Shown here one piece after another: positions 26,369 through 34,767 of a DNA stretch of 64,000 nt (position 1 is the first letter of the stretch; each line of letters begins with the position of its first letter). The position numbers and the translations under genes are program-made. The notes beneath the pieces are model-generated. The model was not told the origin of the DNA. It saw only the letters and a program-made list of their open reading frames with translations, and made no database searches. This DNA is from an uncultured Lachnospiraceae bacterium (lineage in GTDB: Bacteria > Bacillota > Clostridia > Lachnospirales > Lachnospiraceae): NCBI GenBank assembly GCA_947630695.1, contig CANRIM010000002.1:1271-65270 (forward strand), read 5' to 3'.

Positions 26369-27548
26369 TCAAAGGAAAAAACGGGTGGCGGCTTACTGCC
26401 GCGTATCCACCGGCCTGTCGCCCCAGGAAGAAAGCTTCGACCTGCAGAAAGCATATTATACATCCTGTATCCGCCGCAATCCGGACTGGGAATTTGCCGG
26501 TATTTATGCCGATGAACGCAGTGCCTTAAACACCAGACAAAGACCCGGATTTATGCAAATGATCCGCGACGCCCTTGCCGGGCGCATCGATTTGATTCTG
26601 GTCAAGTCCATTTCCCGTTTTTCAAGAAATCTGGTGGACTGTGAAAACTACGCCCGGCTTTTACAGATGAGTGGTGTGGAAATCTATTTTGAAAAAGAAC
26701 GGCTCCGCAGCTTCGATCCTTCCGGCCGGCTGATCTTCTCTCTGCTGGCCGCCATAGCCCAGGATGAAAGCTACAGTATTTCCGAAAATGTCAAATGGAG
26801 CTATACCCAGCGATTTCGCCGCGGACAGTACAATCTGGGGAACAACCGGATCTTAGGCTACGACAGCGTAGGCGGCACCCTCATTCCAAACGCCCGGGCA
26901 TGGATCGTTAAATGTATCTTTGATTTGTTTCTGAAAGGCTGCACTTATCGTCAGATCGCCCGCCAGGTCGCGCAGATGGGCGGCTTCGGACTCCGCAGCA
27001 AAAAAGAGCTGTCCGCTTCCGGTGTATATGCGATTCTGAAAAATGAAACCTATGTGGGAGATAAGCTGCTGCAAAAACAGGCGCCGGTGGATTTTCTAAC
27101 CAAACGGCCCGATCCCCATGCAGCATACGAAAGCCGTTATCTGCGTCACGATCACCCGCCCATCATTTCCCGCGGCCAATGGGAAGCGGTGCAAAGAATT
27201 TTAAAAGACCGGCAGAAGGATGCCCGTGCGGGAATCGTCCAGCGCAGCCGGAACTGCCATGCGCTCTATGGGAAACTGTTCTGCGCCTGCTGCGGTGCGC
27301 CTTACACGCGAAGGACCCGGACCGCCGCAAAAGATCCGGCCTGCAAAGTGTGGATCTGCGCCCAGCGCCGCAAAGGAAACCGCGGCAACGGATGCAGAAA
27401 TCCCGGCATCCGGGAATCCGAACTCCTTGCAAAACTGGGACTTTCCCACGACGCCTCCGAAACGGCCATTGCGGAACAACTGCGCTGTATCGCCCGCATC
27501 GAGGTTGACGGCAAAGTGCTGCGCGTCATTGCTGTAAAAGGGGAATAA
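26337..27548 (+). CDS. Large serine recombinase
   Basis: AAYCRVSTGLSPQEESFDLQ, LILVKSISRFSRN, and a Cys-rich region (CACCGAPY...CKVWICAQ). A GGAGG RBS precedes it. It overlaps the upstream gene by 32 nt. Confidence 0.85.
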   Translation: MKITRIARTRDQRKKRVAAYCRVSTGLSPQEESFDLQKAYYTSCIRRNPDWEFAGIYADERSALNTRQRPGFMQMIRDALAGRIDLILVKSISRFSRNLVDCENYARLLQMSGVEIYFEKERLRSFDPSGRLIFSLLAAIAQDESYSISENVKWSYTQRFRRGQYNLGNNRILGYDSVGGTLIPNARAWIVKCIFDLFLKGCTYRQIARQVAQMGGFGLRSKKELSASGVYAILKNETYVGDKLLQKQAPVDFLTKRPDPHAAYESRYLRHDHPPIISRGQWEAVQRILKDRQKDARAGIVQRSRNCHALYGKLFCACCGAPYTRRTRTAAKDPACKVWICAQRRKGNRGNGCRNPGIRESELLAKLGLSHDASETAIAEQLRCIARIEVDGKVLRVIAVKGE

Positions 27549-27565
27549 ATGCGCCAAAAGCGAAG

Positions 27566-27642
27566 GTGCAAATTATAAGCCGAAAACAGTATAAAAAAGT
27601 GCAAATAATATTAAAATTATATTGCAAAAAGGTGCAATTTAT
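27566..27642. repeat. Three copies of GTGCAA(A/T)T(T/A)AT at exact 33-bp spacing
   Basis: GTGCAAATTAT at 27566, GTGCAAATAAT at 27599 and GTGCAATTTAT at 27632. A partial TTGCAAAAA lies at 27622. Confidence 0.85.
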
Positions 27643-27650
27643 TTTATAAT
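27622..27650 (+). promoter_or_regulatory. Near-consensus sigma-A-type promoter of the ATPase-res-abi-mod operon
   Basis: TTGCAA (27622-27627), a 17-nt spacer, then TATAAT (27645-27650). AAGGAGG at 27666-27672 precedes the ATG at 27678. Confidence 0.55.
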
Positions 27651-27677
27651 TCATTTATCTGCTGTAAGGAGGTGTCT

Positions 27678-29039
27678 ATGGAACGGAATGCTTTACAAGA
27701 TCTGATTGAATGGAATATCAACAGACGAAAAAAACCATTAATTGTATGGGGCGCAAGACAGGTCGGAAAAACTTATCTTGTAAAAAATATTTTTGCTGAG
27801 AACTATTACAAGGATCATTACATCTATGTCGATTGCAAAATTGAAGATGAAATTCGTGCGTTTTGTTCCGATACCGCCAATGCGCAAAAAATCATTGAAT
27901 ATATCTCCTTACGCAAGGGAAAACAGATAAATGAAAAAACGCTGCTCATCTTTGATGAGGTACAGGAATGCCCAAATATCATATCCTCTCTAAAATACTT
28001 TTGCCAGGATTACAGGCAAATTCCCGTGATTGCAACAGGCTCGATGGTGCGGATAAAACTTCAGCGAGAAACGCATAAAAGAGGCGTAAAGGACAACAAC
28101 AAATTTCTTTTTCCCGTAGGAAAAATTAATCAGCTGACGGTTTACCCGATGACCTTTGATGAGTTTTTGCTGAACAGCAACAAAATGCTTTATGATGCCC
28201 TTAAAGAAGCATATATGGACAGGCATCCGCTGGACAGTCAAATACATGAACTGGCAATGGAACAGATATATAAATATTTGCTGGTAGGCGGCATGCCCGA
28301 AGCGGTTGATACCTTTATTGAGTCAGGTAATTTTCTTGAATCAAGAGATATTCTCAAGACACTGTATGACAATTATCTTTCCGATATGGATTTATATCAG
28401 GCAAGTCAGGAAGCAGTTTTACGGTCTCACACCTTGTTTCAAAATATCTATAAACAACTTAACCGGGAATCCCGAAACTTTTCTCCCGGACTCATTGAAG
28501 AAAAAAGCAAAACGAGAGATTTTGCAACCTCGATCCAGTGGCTTACAATGGCGCATGTTGTCAATCAGTCCTTCCAGTTGAAAGAACACATCACAATGCC
28601 GCTTATACCGGATAATGAAAGTAATTTTCGTTTGTTTCTCGGAGATATCGGAATGTTCTCCTACCAAAGCGGAATCAATGCAGCTTCATTCATATCGAGT
28701 GAGAGGGAAAACACTCTGTCTGGCATTTTCTTTGAAAACTTTGTAGCAAATGAGCTGATTGCAAAAGGTCATAAACTATTCTACTGGCGAGGAAAAGCAT
28801 CTGCCGAACTGGAATTTATCATTGAATCGGATAACAAACTCTATCCGATCGATGTAAAAAAAGGCAAAGGGACACTCAACTCCCTTGAGAAATTCGCAAA
28901 TCATAACAAATTTGCATGTGCCATTAAGGTTTCCAAAAACAATTACGGCTATCATCCGGAGCAAAAGCTGCTTACTCTGCCTTTTTATTTTATTTCTTTT
29001 GCAGCAGCCGATCTTGCGAATGGTACAATGAAAATTTAA
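27678..29039 (+). CDS. AAA-type ATPase with a DUF4143-like C-terminal domain
   Basis: Walker A VWGARQVGKTYL and Walker B LLIFDEVQ. The ~450-aa size and layout match the common AAA_14/DUF4143 'ATP-binding protein' family. I prefer the ATG at 27678 over the GTG at 27672. Confidence 0.65.
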   Translation: MERNALQDLIEWNINRRKKPLIVWGARQVGKTYLVKNIFAENYYKDHYIYVDCKIEDEIRAFCSDTANAQKIIEYISLRKGKQINEKTLLIFDEVQECPNIISSLKYFCQDYRQIPVIATGSMVRIKLQRETHKRGVKDNNKFLFPVGKINQLTVYPMTFDEFLLNSNKMLYDALKEAYMDRHPLDSQIHELAMEQIYKYLLVGGMPEAVDTFIESGNFLESRDILKTLYDNYLSDMDLYQASQEAVLRSHTLFQNIYKQLNRESRNFSPGLIEEKSKTRDFATSIQWLTMAHVVNQSFQLKEHITMPLIPDNESNFRLFLGDIGMFSYQSGINAASFISSERENTLSGIFFENFVANELIAKGHKLFYWRGKASAELEFIIESDNKLYPIDVKKGKGTLNSLEKFANHNKFACAIKVSKNNYGYHPEQKLLTLPFYFISFAAADLANGTMKI

Positions 29040-29073
29040 ATTTTATAAGAATTGCAATTTATGGAGGCACCGT

Positions 29074-31944
29074 ATGTTCTATAAAATGATAGAAAACAAG
29101 TGCAAAGAGTGGTATACTTCTTCGCAATGTACAGTCCGAAATATAATTGAATATATAGAGAAAACGGGACAAATGCGAGATGCCCAGATTGAGGCTATCA
29201 AGGTTTATCTGTTTCTTAAAATTGGCTGCGAATGCAAGCCACTGGAGGTATTGTTCGAAAACGGTTGCTTCAACTCTATTGATTTAGATGGCATAGAGTT
29301 ATCTACGGCAACGCGCAAATACTTAAAGGACAATACAGCGGCAGCCGCATTGTTCGAATATTCTCGATTAACTAATAATACCGGCGAACAGGTTTCTGAA
29401 AAACTTGAAAAGCATATTAAGAAAGATCTGTCAAATATTGACTATGACAGCTTCTTTCGGAATGCATTTTATGGCATTTCCTATACGGATTATCTGTTTA
29501 GCTTACCAATGGGTGCAGGAAAGACGTATTTGATGGCGGCATTCATCTATCTTGATTTATATTTTGCCTATAATGAACCAACAAACCCTGCATTTGCACA
29601 TAATTTTATTATCTTTGCTCCATCCGGACTAAAATCTTCCGTTGTTCCAAGTCTTAAAACAATACAGAATTTTAATCCTGCCTGGGTTATCCCGGAGCCT
29701 GCAGCAACGGACATAAAGCGTATGATTTCCTTTGAAGTGCTTGATCAGGGAAAGACCGCAAAAAAATCAAACAAAACTAAAAATCCAAATGTCCAGAAGA
29801 TTGCAAATCACCAGCCACTTTCTGAGTTGTTTGGTTTAGTAGCTGTTACAAACGCTGAAAAAGTAATTCTTGACCGTATTCAGGAGAAACAAGGTCAAAT
29901 TCATATGTTTGAAGAGAGTGATGATGAAAAAGACAGACAGGCCAATGAACTGCGTAACCTTATCGGCAAATTACCATCGCTCTCAATTTTCATTGACGAA
30001 GTACATCATGCTGTCAGTGACGAAATAAAACTCCGTGCCGTTGTTACAAAATGGGTGCAGAATAATACCATTAACTCCGTTATTGGTTTTTCAGGTACAC
30101 CTTATCTTGAAAAGTTGGAAAAAATTAAGGTGGCAGACTCCCTTTCTGTAGGAACAGCTGAGATTACGAATATTGTATATTACTATCCCCTGATTAACGG
30201 TGTGGGGAACTTCTTGAAGTGTCCCGTTGTTAAAATTGCTGATATTGCCAACAGCAGTTTAATTATTGAACAAGGCGTCCGGGAATTTCTTGATACATAT
30301 AAAGATACTGTCTATGCAGGCGGATTGACTGCTAAACTCGGTATTTACTGCGGTACAATCGAAAAATTAGAAGAAGTTGTTTATCCTTTGGTAGCCCATA
30401 TTGTTGCAGAGTATGGTCTCGGCAAAAACACGATTCTTAAATTTCATAAGGGCAATAAGCAATATAAAATGCCTGCTGACAGCCAAATGCAATTTGATAT
30501 TTTAGATACCTCTGTTTCCCAAATTCGCATTGTCCTTCTGGTGCAGATCGGTAAAGAGGGCTGGGATTGCCGCAGCCTTACAGGTATTATCCTTTCCCAG
30601 GAAGGAGACTGTCCAACGAATATGGTCTTACAAACTTCTTGCCGCTGTCTGCGTCAGGTTGTGAAATACAGCCCAGAAACAGCGCTCATTTATCTAAACG
30701 AAAGCAACGCAGATAAATTAAATATGCAGCTTAAAAGGCAGCATCACATAACGCTCAAAGAGTTTTCATCTGCCGACAACAGCAAAACTCCCCTGAAACG
30801 TTACGATCGCACAACATATTTGAAGCTGCCAAAAGTCGATTTCTTTCAGCTTAAAATTAATTATGATACACTCACGATTGACAAAGCCGACCCTGCAAGA
30901 TATATTGCGGCTTCGACCAATAATGCCCGTCTTGCAGACAGTATTATCAAAACCACTGACCTTTCAATGAACGAAAGTAAAACAACTATCCGTATTGACG
31001 ACATGGAATATGGTAACGAACCGACGACTTTCCTCTCGTGGATTTATGGTATTATGAAAGGCGGCTTCGGCTCACCCTCTGTCGATGATCTGATGAAATT
31101 CGAAGATTCTCTTAAATCCGTCTATAAAATAATCACTTACAAAAAAGGTGAGACGTATTACTACAGTTCAAAATACAATCGAAAGTTAGTTGACGCCAAT
31201 ATTCGCAAAGCTTTCTGTGATAAGCAAGACTTTACCACAGTTGAAGATCTGATACCTGAATCAGCCAATCTTTTGAAAATTGCAAACTTTACCTCTGAAG
31301 TTTATACCGACAAGCCCCAGGATTATTATCCTTCGCAAAACGTGGTAGAAAACATCATCAAAGATGATAATGGAAAACTGAAGATTGATCCTAAAATTGA
31401 AATGACTATTCATCTACTTGAGGAAACGGGTAACACTGCAATAGCTGCAGACTTGCGAACGCAAACATCTTCTCACAAAAATAAAGACCGATCGTTCCAT
31501 TATCTGCCTTATCGCACAGACAGTAGTTTTGAAAAAACATTTTTAAAAGAAATCCTGTCTTTTGACGAAATCGAAAAGCTTGGATTGGAAGTTTATTATA
31601 ACGGAGATCGAGACATGACTGAATTCAAAATCAAGTGTTATCGGCGAGACAACGGAAAATGGAACTATATTGGTATCTATACTCCAGACTTTCTAATTCT
31701 CCGACGAAAAGATGGAGTGATCCACAATGTGATTATTGTGGAAACGAAAGGCAGCATCTACGCAAATGACACGTCTTTCAAAGATAAGAAAACCTTTATG
31801 GAAACGGAATTCTTAACGCAGAACAACAAAATCTTTGGCTATGAACGTTTTGACTATTTATATTTGGAGGACACATTGTCAGTGAGTGAACGAATTATGA
31901 TGATACATAAGAAACTCAAAAAAATATTTGAGGAGGAATTATAA
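29074..31944 (+). CDS. Type III restriction Res-like SF2 helicase fused to a C-terminal PD-(D/E)xK-like nuclease
   Basis: 956 aa. Helicase motifs: LPMGAGKTY (motif I), IFIDEVHH (motif II), GFSGTPY (motif III), GKEGWDCRSL (motif V) and QTSCRCLRQ (motif VI-like). The C-terminus has IYTPDFLILRR...VIIVETKG, a nuclease-core pattern. Confidence 0.7.
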   Translation: MFYKMIENKCKEWYTSSQCTVRNIIEYIEKTGQMRDAQIEAIKVYLFLKIGCECKPLEVLFENGCFNSIDLDGIELSTATRKYLKDNTAAAALFEYSRLTNNTGEQVSEKLEKHIKKDLSNIDYDSFFRNAFYGISYTDYLFSLPMGAGKTYLMAAFIYLDLYFAYNEPTNPAFAHNFIIFAPSGLKSSVVPSLKTIQNFNPAWVIPEPAATDIKRMISFEVLDQGKTAKKSNKTKNPNVQKIANHQPLSELFGLVAVTNAEKVILDRIQEKQGQIHMFEESDDEKDRQANELRNLIGKLPSLSIFIDEVHHAVSDEIKLRAVVTKWVQNNTINSVIGFSGTPYLEKLEKIKVADSLSVGTAEITNIVYYYPLINGVGNFLKCPVVKIADIANSSLIIEQGVREFLDTYKDTVYAGGLTAKLGIYCGTIEKLEEVVYPLVAHIVAEYGLGKNTILKFHKGNKQYKMPADSQMQFDILDTSVSQIRIVLLVQIGKEGWDCRSLTGIILSQEGDCPTNMVLQTSCRCLRQVVKYSPETALIYLNESNADKLNMQLKRQHHITLKEFSSADNSKTPLKRYDRTTYLKLPKVDFFQLKINYDTLTIDKADPARYIAASTNNARLADSIIKTTDLSMNESKTTIRIDDMEYGNEPTTFLSWIYGIMKGGFGSPSVDDLMKFEDSLKSVYKIITYKKGETYYYSSKYNRKLVDANIRKAFCDKQDFTTVEDLIPESANLLKIANFTSEVYTDKPQDYYPSQNVVENIIKDDNGKLKIDPKIEMTIHLLEETGNTAIAADLRTQTSSHKNKDRSFHYLPYRTDSSFEKTFLKEILSFDEIEKLGLEVYYNGDRDMTEFKIKCYRRDNGKWNYIGIYTPDFLILRRKDGVIHNVIIVETKGSIYANDTSFKDKKTFMETEFLTQNNKIFGYERFDYLYLEDTLSVSERIMMIHKKLKKIFEEEL

Positions 31945-32738
31945 TGAACGAAAGCAGAAATTCTTTATTGCCTGATGTAATTGAACCGATTTCCGATGCG
32001 ATTCAACAATCTTTTCCCGAAACCGCCAAGCAAACTGACGGAGTATTGTCCACCGTGGTCGGCTTTTTTAACAATGTTGTATTATATCCTATTAAAAAAG
32101 CCAATTTAACATTTAAATACAATTTAGAGGCATTTGAAAATGATTTAAAAGAAAAGACTAAATGTATCCCTCCTGAGAATTTACAAATTCCTCCAACAAT
32201 GATTGCCGGTCCTACTTTAGAGGCTTTAAAATATACATATGACGAAAAAGAACTACGCGAAATGTACGAAAATTTGTTAGTTTCCGCTATGGATACAAGA
32301 ACTGTAATCCAAGCGTTGCCATCTTTCGTTGATGCTATAAAACAGATGAGTCCTTTAGACGCTAAAGTCTTACAGAAATTTGTTGAATCAAGTCAACTTG
32401 CTTGTGCTGAAATTAAGTTTTCAATTAAAAATATAAGTAAAGTATATTCAAATGCTATGCCTACATATTTTATAAAGGAATTAGCATCTTTATCAGATCC
32501 ATTTAATATTTCTACATCTATAACCAATTTATTAAGATTAGGTGTTTTAAATATATTTGACGGGCAGATAGATGGATACGATTATAACTCATTTAAAGAT
32601 CATCCGTATGTACAGTCCCGGAGTACTTTATACAAATCTTATGGTAGACCATTTAAGATTAAAATTAATGAAAAAGTACTACTTGTTAATGATTACGGCA
32701 AATGCTTTATTAAAGTATGTTTGGGAAAGGAGATATAA
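31944..32738 (+). CDS. Abi-alpha / DUF4393-like protein (tentative family assignment)
   Basis: 264 aa. IPPTMIAGPTLEALKYTYDEKELREMYENLLVSAMD...FVDAIKQMSPLDAKVL resembles the conserved core I recall for the Abi_alpha (DUF4393) family. A strong GAGGAGG RBS precedes it, and its ATG shares one nt with the res TAA stop. Confidence 0.5.
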   Translation: MNESRNSLLPDVIEPISDAIQQSFPETAKQTDGVLSTVVGFFNNVVLYPIKKANLTFKYNLEAFENDLKEKTKCIPPENLQIPPTMIAGPTLEALKYTYDEKELREMYENLLVSAMDTRTVIQALPSFVDAIKQMSPLDAKVLQKFVESSQLACAEIKFSIKNISKVYSNAMPTYFIKELASLSDPFNISTSITNLLRLGVLNIFDGQIDGYDYNSFKDHPYVQSRSTLYKSYGRPFKIKINEKVLLVNDYGKCFIKVCLGKEI

Positions 32739-32741
32739 TCT

Positions 32742-34586
32742 ATGCCAATAAAATATGTACCGTTTACACCCGAACCGATTGAAGGGCAGGCTGTACTCGG
32801 AAACTTTAACAGAATATTGAAATACAAAGGTGCTGATGACGTTTCAAAGACGTTCCAACGCGGTATGCCACTTTATGAAATGGAAAAGCAGGAAACCGTA
32901 GGAGAAAATGCAGACGGTAATATGGTTATCCGTGGCGAATGCGTTTCTGCCTGCGCGTATTTAAAAGAAAAAGGCATTCAGGTCGACCTTGTGTATATCG
33001 ACCCACCATTTGCCAGTGGTGCGGATTACGCAAAGAAGGTTTATATCCGCCGCAACCCGAAAGTGGCGGAAGCCATTGCTCAGGCTGAACAGGAGCTTGA
33101 TATTGATGATCTGAAGGCCTTTGAAGAAGAAATGTACGGTGACGTTTGGGACAAAGAAAAGTACCTGAACTGGATGTACGAAAACCTTATGGCCATCAAG
33201 TCCGTTATGAATGAAACGGCATCCATTTATGTTCATTTGGATTGGCACATTGTACATTATGTAAAAATTTTGCTTGACGAAATTTTCGGAGAGGAAAATT
33301 TTAGAAATGAAATTATTTGGTGTTATACAGCTGTATCAAACGTCGGATTTGATTTTCCTAAAAAACATGATACTATTTGCCGTTTTTCAAAAAGTGAAAA
33401 TTATATTTTTAACAAAGATGAGATAAGAATACCATATGCAGAAGGGAGTCTTGACAGAGCAAACCGTAATGTAATAGGGAAGGGAGGAATGGATTTTGAG
33501 ACAATTGTACTTAATGAAAGCGGAAAAGTACCTGAAGATTGGTGGATAGATATACAACGAGCTGCACGATACCCGGGAGAAAATGTAGATTATACCACAC
33601 AAAAATCAGAAAAACTACTGGAAAGAATCATTAAAGCATCTTCAAACAAAGATATGCTCATAGCCGACTTTTTCGGAGGCAGTGGTGTCACTGCTGCCGT
33701 TGCCGCAAAGCTCGGACGCCGCTTTATCCATTGCGACATCGGACTCAACTCCATTCAAACCACCCGCGACAGACTAGTCTCAAATAGCGCAGAATTTGAC
33801 ATTCTGGAGATTAAAGACGGCGTACAGCTTTATCGTAACCCCGTTCAAACAATGGATAAAATTAAATCATTGATTCCCGGTCTGAAAAACGAGGATTCTC
33901 TCGATTCCTTTTGGGAAGGCGCTGTCTCCGACAGCAAGCTTGGGACAGTTCCTGTTTATGTGCCGAATCTGATGGATAGTGCTTCTAAGCTGCTCGACAA
34001 AGTGATGATGACCCGCATTATTCATCAGGCAATACCCGACCTTAGCAACAATATAAAAAAGGTAATCATTTATTACATAGACATTATAGACCAAGATGAA
34101 CTCATGCAATTTATCAGAAAAGACGACAGCACAACAATCGAAATAGAGCTGCGCGACCTGAAAGAGATTCTTGACGATATTATCATTGAGGATTATGCAG
34201 AATTTCATACAAAGAAAAACCATGGAGACTTGTTTGAGGGATACACTGTTTTTATTGATAAATTTATGAGCGATCGTGTACTTTCAAAGATATCCGAGTT
34301 TAATCAAAAGGCTTTCCTTAATTCTTCAGCAAGTAAACCATACAAACCCATTCAAATCAGTGAAGACGGTTTGGAACTTATTGAATTATTAAGCGTTGAC
34401 TGTACATACGATAATGGCAAGTGGCACTCCGACAATGAAATCAAAATTGACAAGAATGGCTATGTTATAGTGAATGGCGTTAAGACAAAAGAATTTTGGA
34501 ACGGACAAATTCGCTGTGAAAAGAAACCACTTCGTCTGAAAATTCGCAATATCTGCGGCGATGAAACGATATGGAAAGTAACCTGA
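32742..34586 (+). CDS. Beta-class N6-adenine/N4-cytosine DNA methyltransferase (Type III Mod-like) with a ~270-aa C-terminal extension
   Basis: Motif IV VDLVYIDPPFASG comes before motif I ADFFGGSGVTAAVAAKLGRRFIHCDI, the N6_N4_MTase order. The C-terminal third has no motif I recognise. Confidence 0.75.
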   Translation: MPIKYVPFTPEPIEGQAVLGNFNRILKYKGADDVSKTFQRGMPLYEMEKQETVGENADGNMVIRGECVSACAYLKEKGIQVDLVYIDPPFASGADYAKKVYIRRNPKVAEAIAQAEQELDIDDLKAFEEEMYGDVWDKEKYLNWMYENLMAIKSVMNETASIYVHLDWHIVHYVKILLDEIFGEENFRNEIIWCYTAVSNVGFDFPKKHDTICRFSKSENYIFNKDEIRIPYAEGSLDRANRNVIGKGGMDFETIVLNESGKVPEDWWIDIQRAARYPGENVDYTTQKSEKLLERIIKASSNKDMLIADFFGGSGVTAAVAAKLGRRFIHCDIGLNSIQTTRDRLVSNSAEFDILEIKDGVQLYRNPVQTMDKIKSLIPGLKNEDSLDSFWEGAVSDSKLGTVPVYVPNLMDSASKLLDKVMMTRIIHQAIPDLSNNIKKVIIYYIDIIDQDELMQFIRKDDSTTIEIELRDLKEILDDIIIEDYAEFHTKKNHGDLFEGYTVFIDKFMSDRVLSKISEFNQKAFLNSSASKPYKPIQISEDGLELIELLSVDCTYDNGKWHSDNEIKIDKNGYVIVNGVKTKEFWNGQIRCEKKPLRLKIRNICGDETIWKVT

Positions 34587-34637
34587 TTGATGTCACAAAT
34601 ACCATGCCTTCAAAGCTCGCTTTATATGCCGATAACG

Positions 34638-34677
34638 AAAACAGGTATCGACCCGCTCAGCCGATACCTGTTTTTCA
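34638..34677. terminator. Bidirectional intrinsic terminator between mod and the flavodiiron gene
   Basis: Stem AAAACAGGTATCG/CGATACCTGTTTT with an 11-nt loop. It is flanked by a T-run on the plus strand and TTTTCG on the minus strand. Confidence 0.7.
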
Positions 34678-34767
34678 TTTTGCCATTTTCACGGTTTGTA
34701 TTGCACGACTTATGAGCATCCGGCAGTATCGGGGAAACGATTCATATGTCATGTTCTGTTTGAAAAT

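Larger units (their letters stand above)
23527..34693. mobile_element. Candidate ~11.2-kb integrated island (recombinase trio plus defence operon) bounded by a 10-bp direct repeat
   Basis: CATTTTCACG occurs at 23527-23536, immediately after the yafQ stop, and again at 34684-34693, just after the mod terminator. The interior carries three serine recombinases and R-M/Abi cargo of contrasting composition. Confidence 0.35.

Noticed and set aside
23880-27548. Possibility that the three recombinase ORFs are one gene disrupted by frameshifts
   Set aside because: Each ORF begins with its own complete catalytic N-terminal domain (AAYCRVST...SISRF.RN) and has its own RBS. They are paralogues, not fragments.
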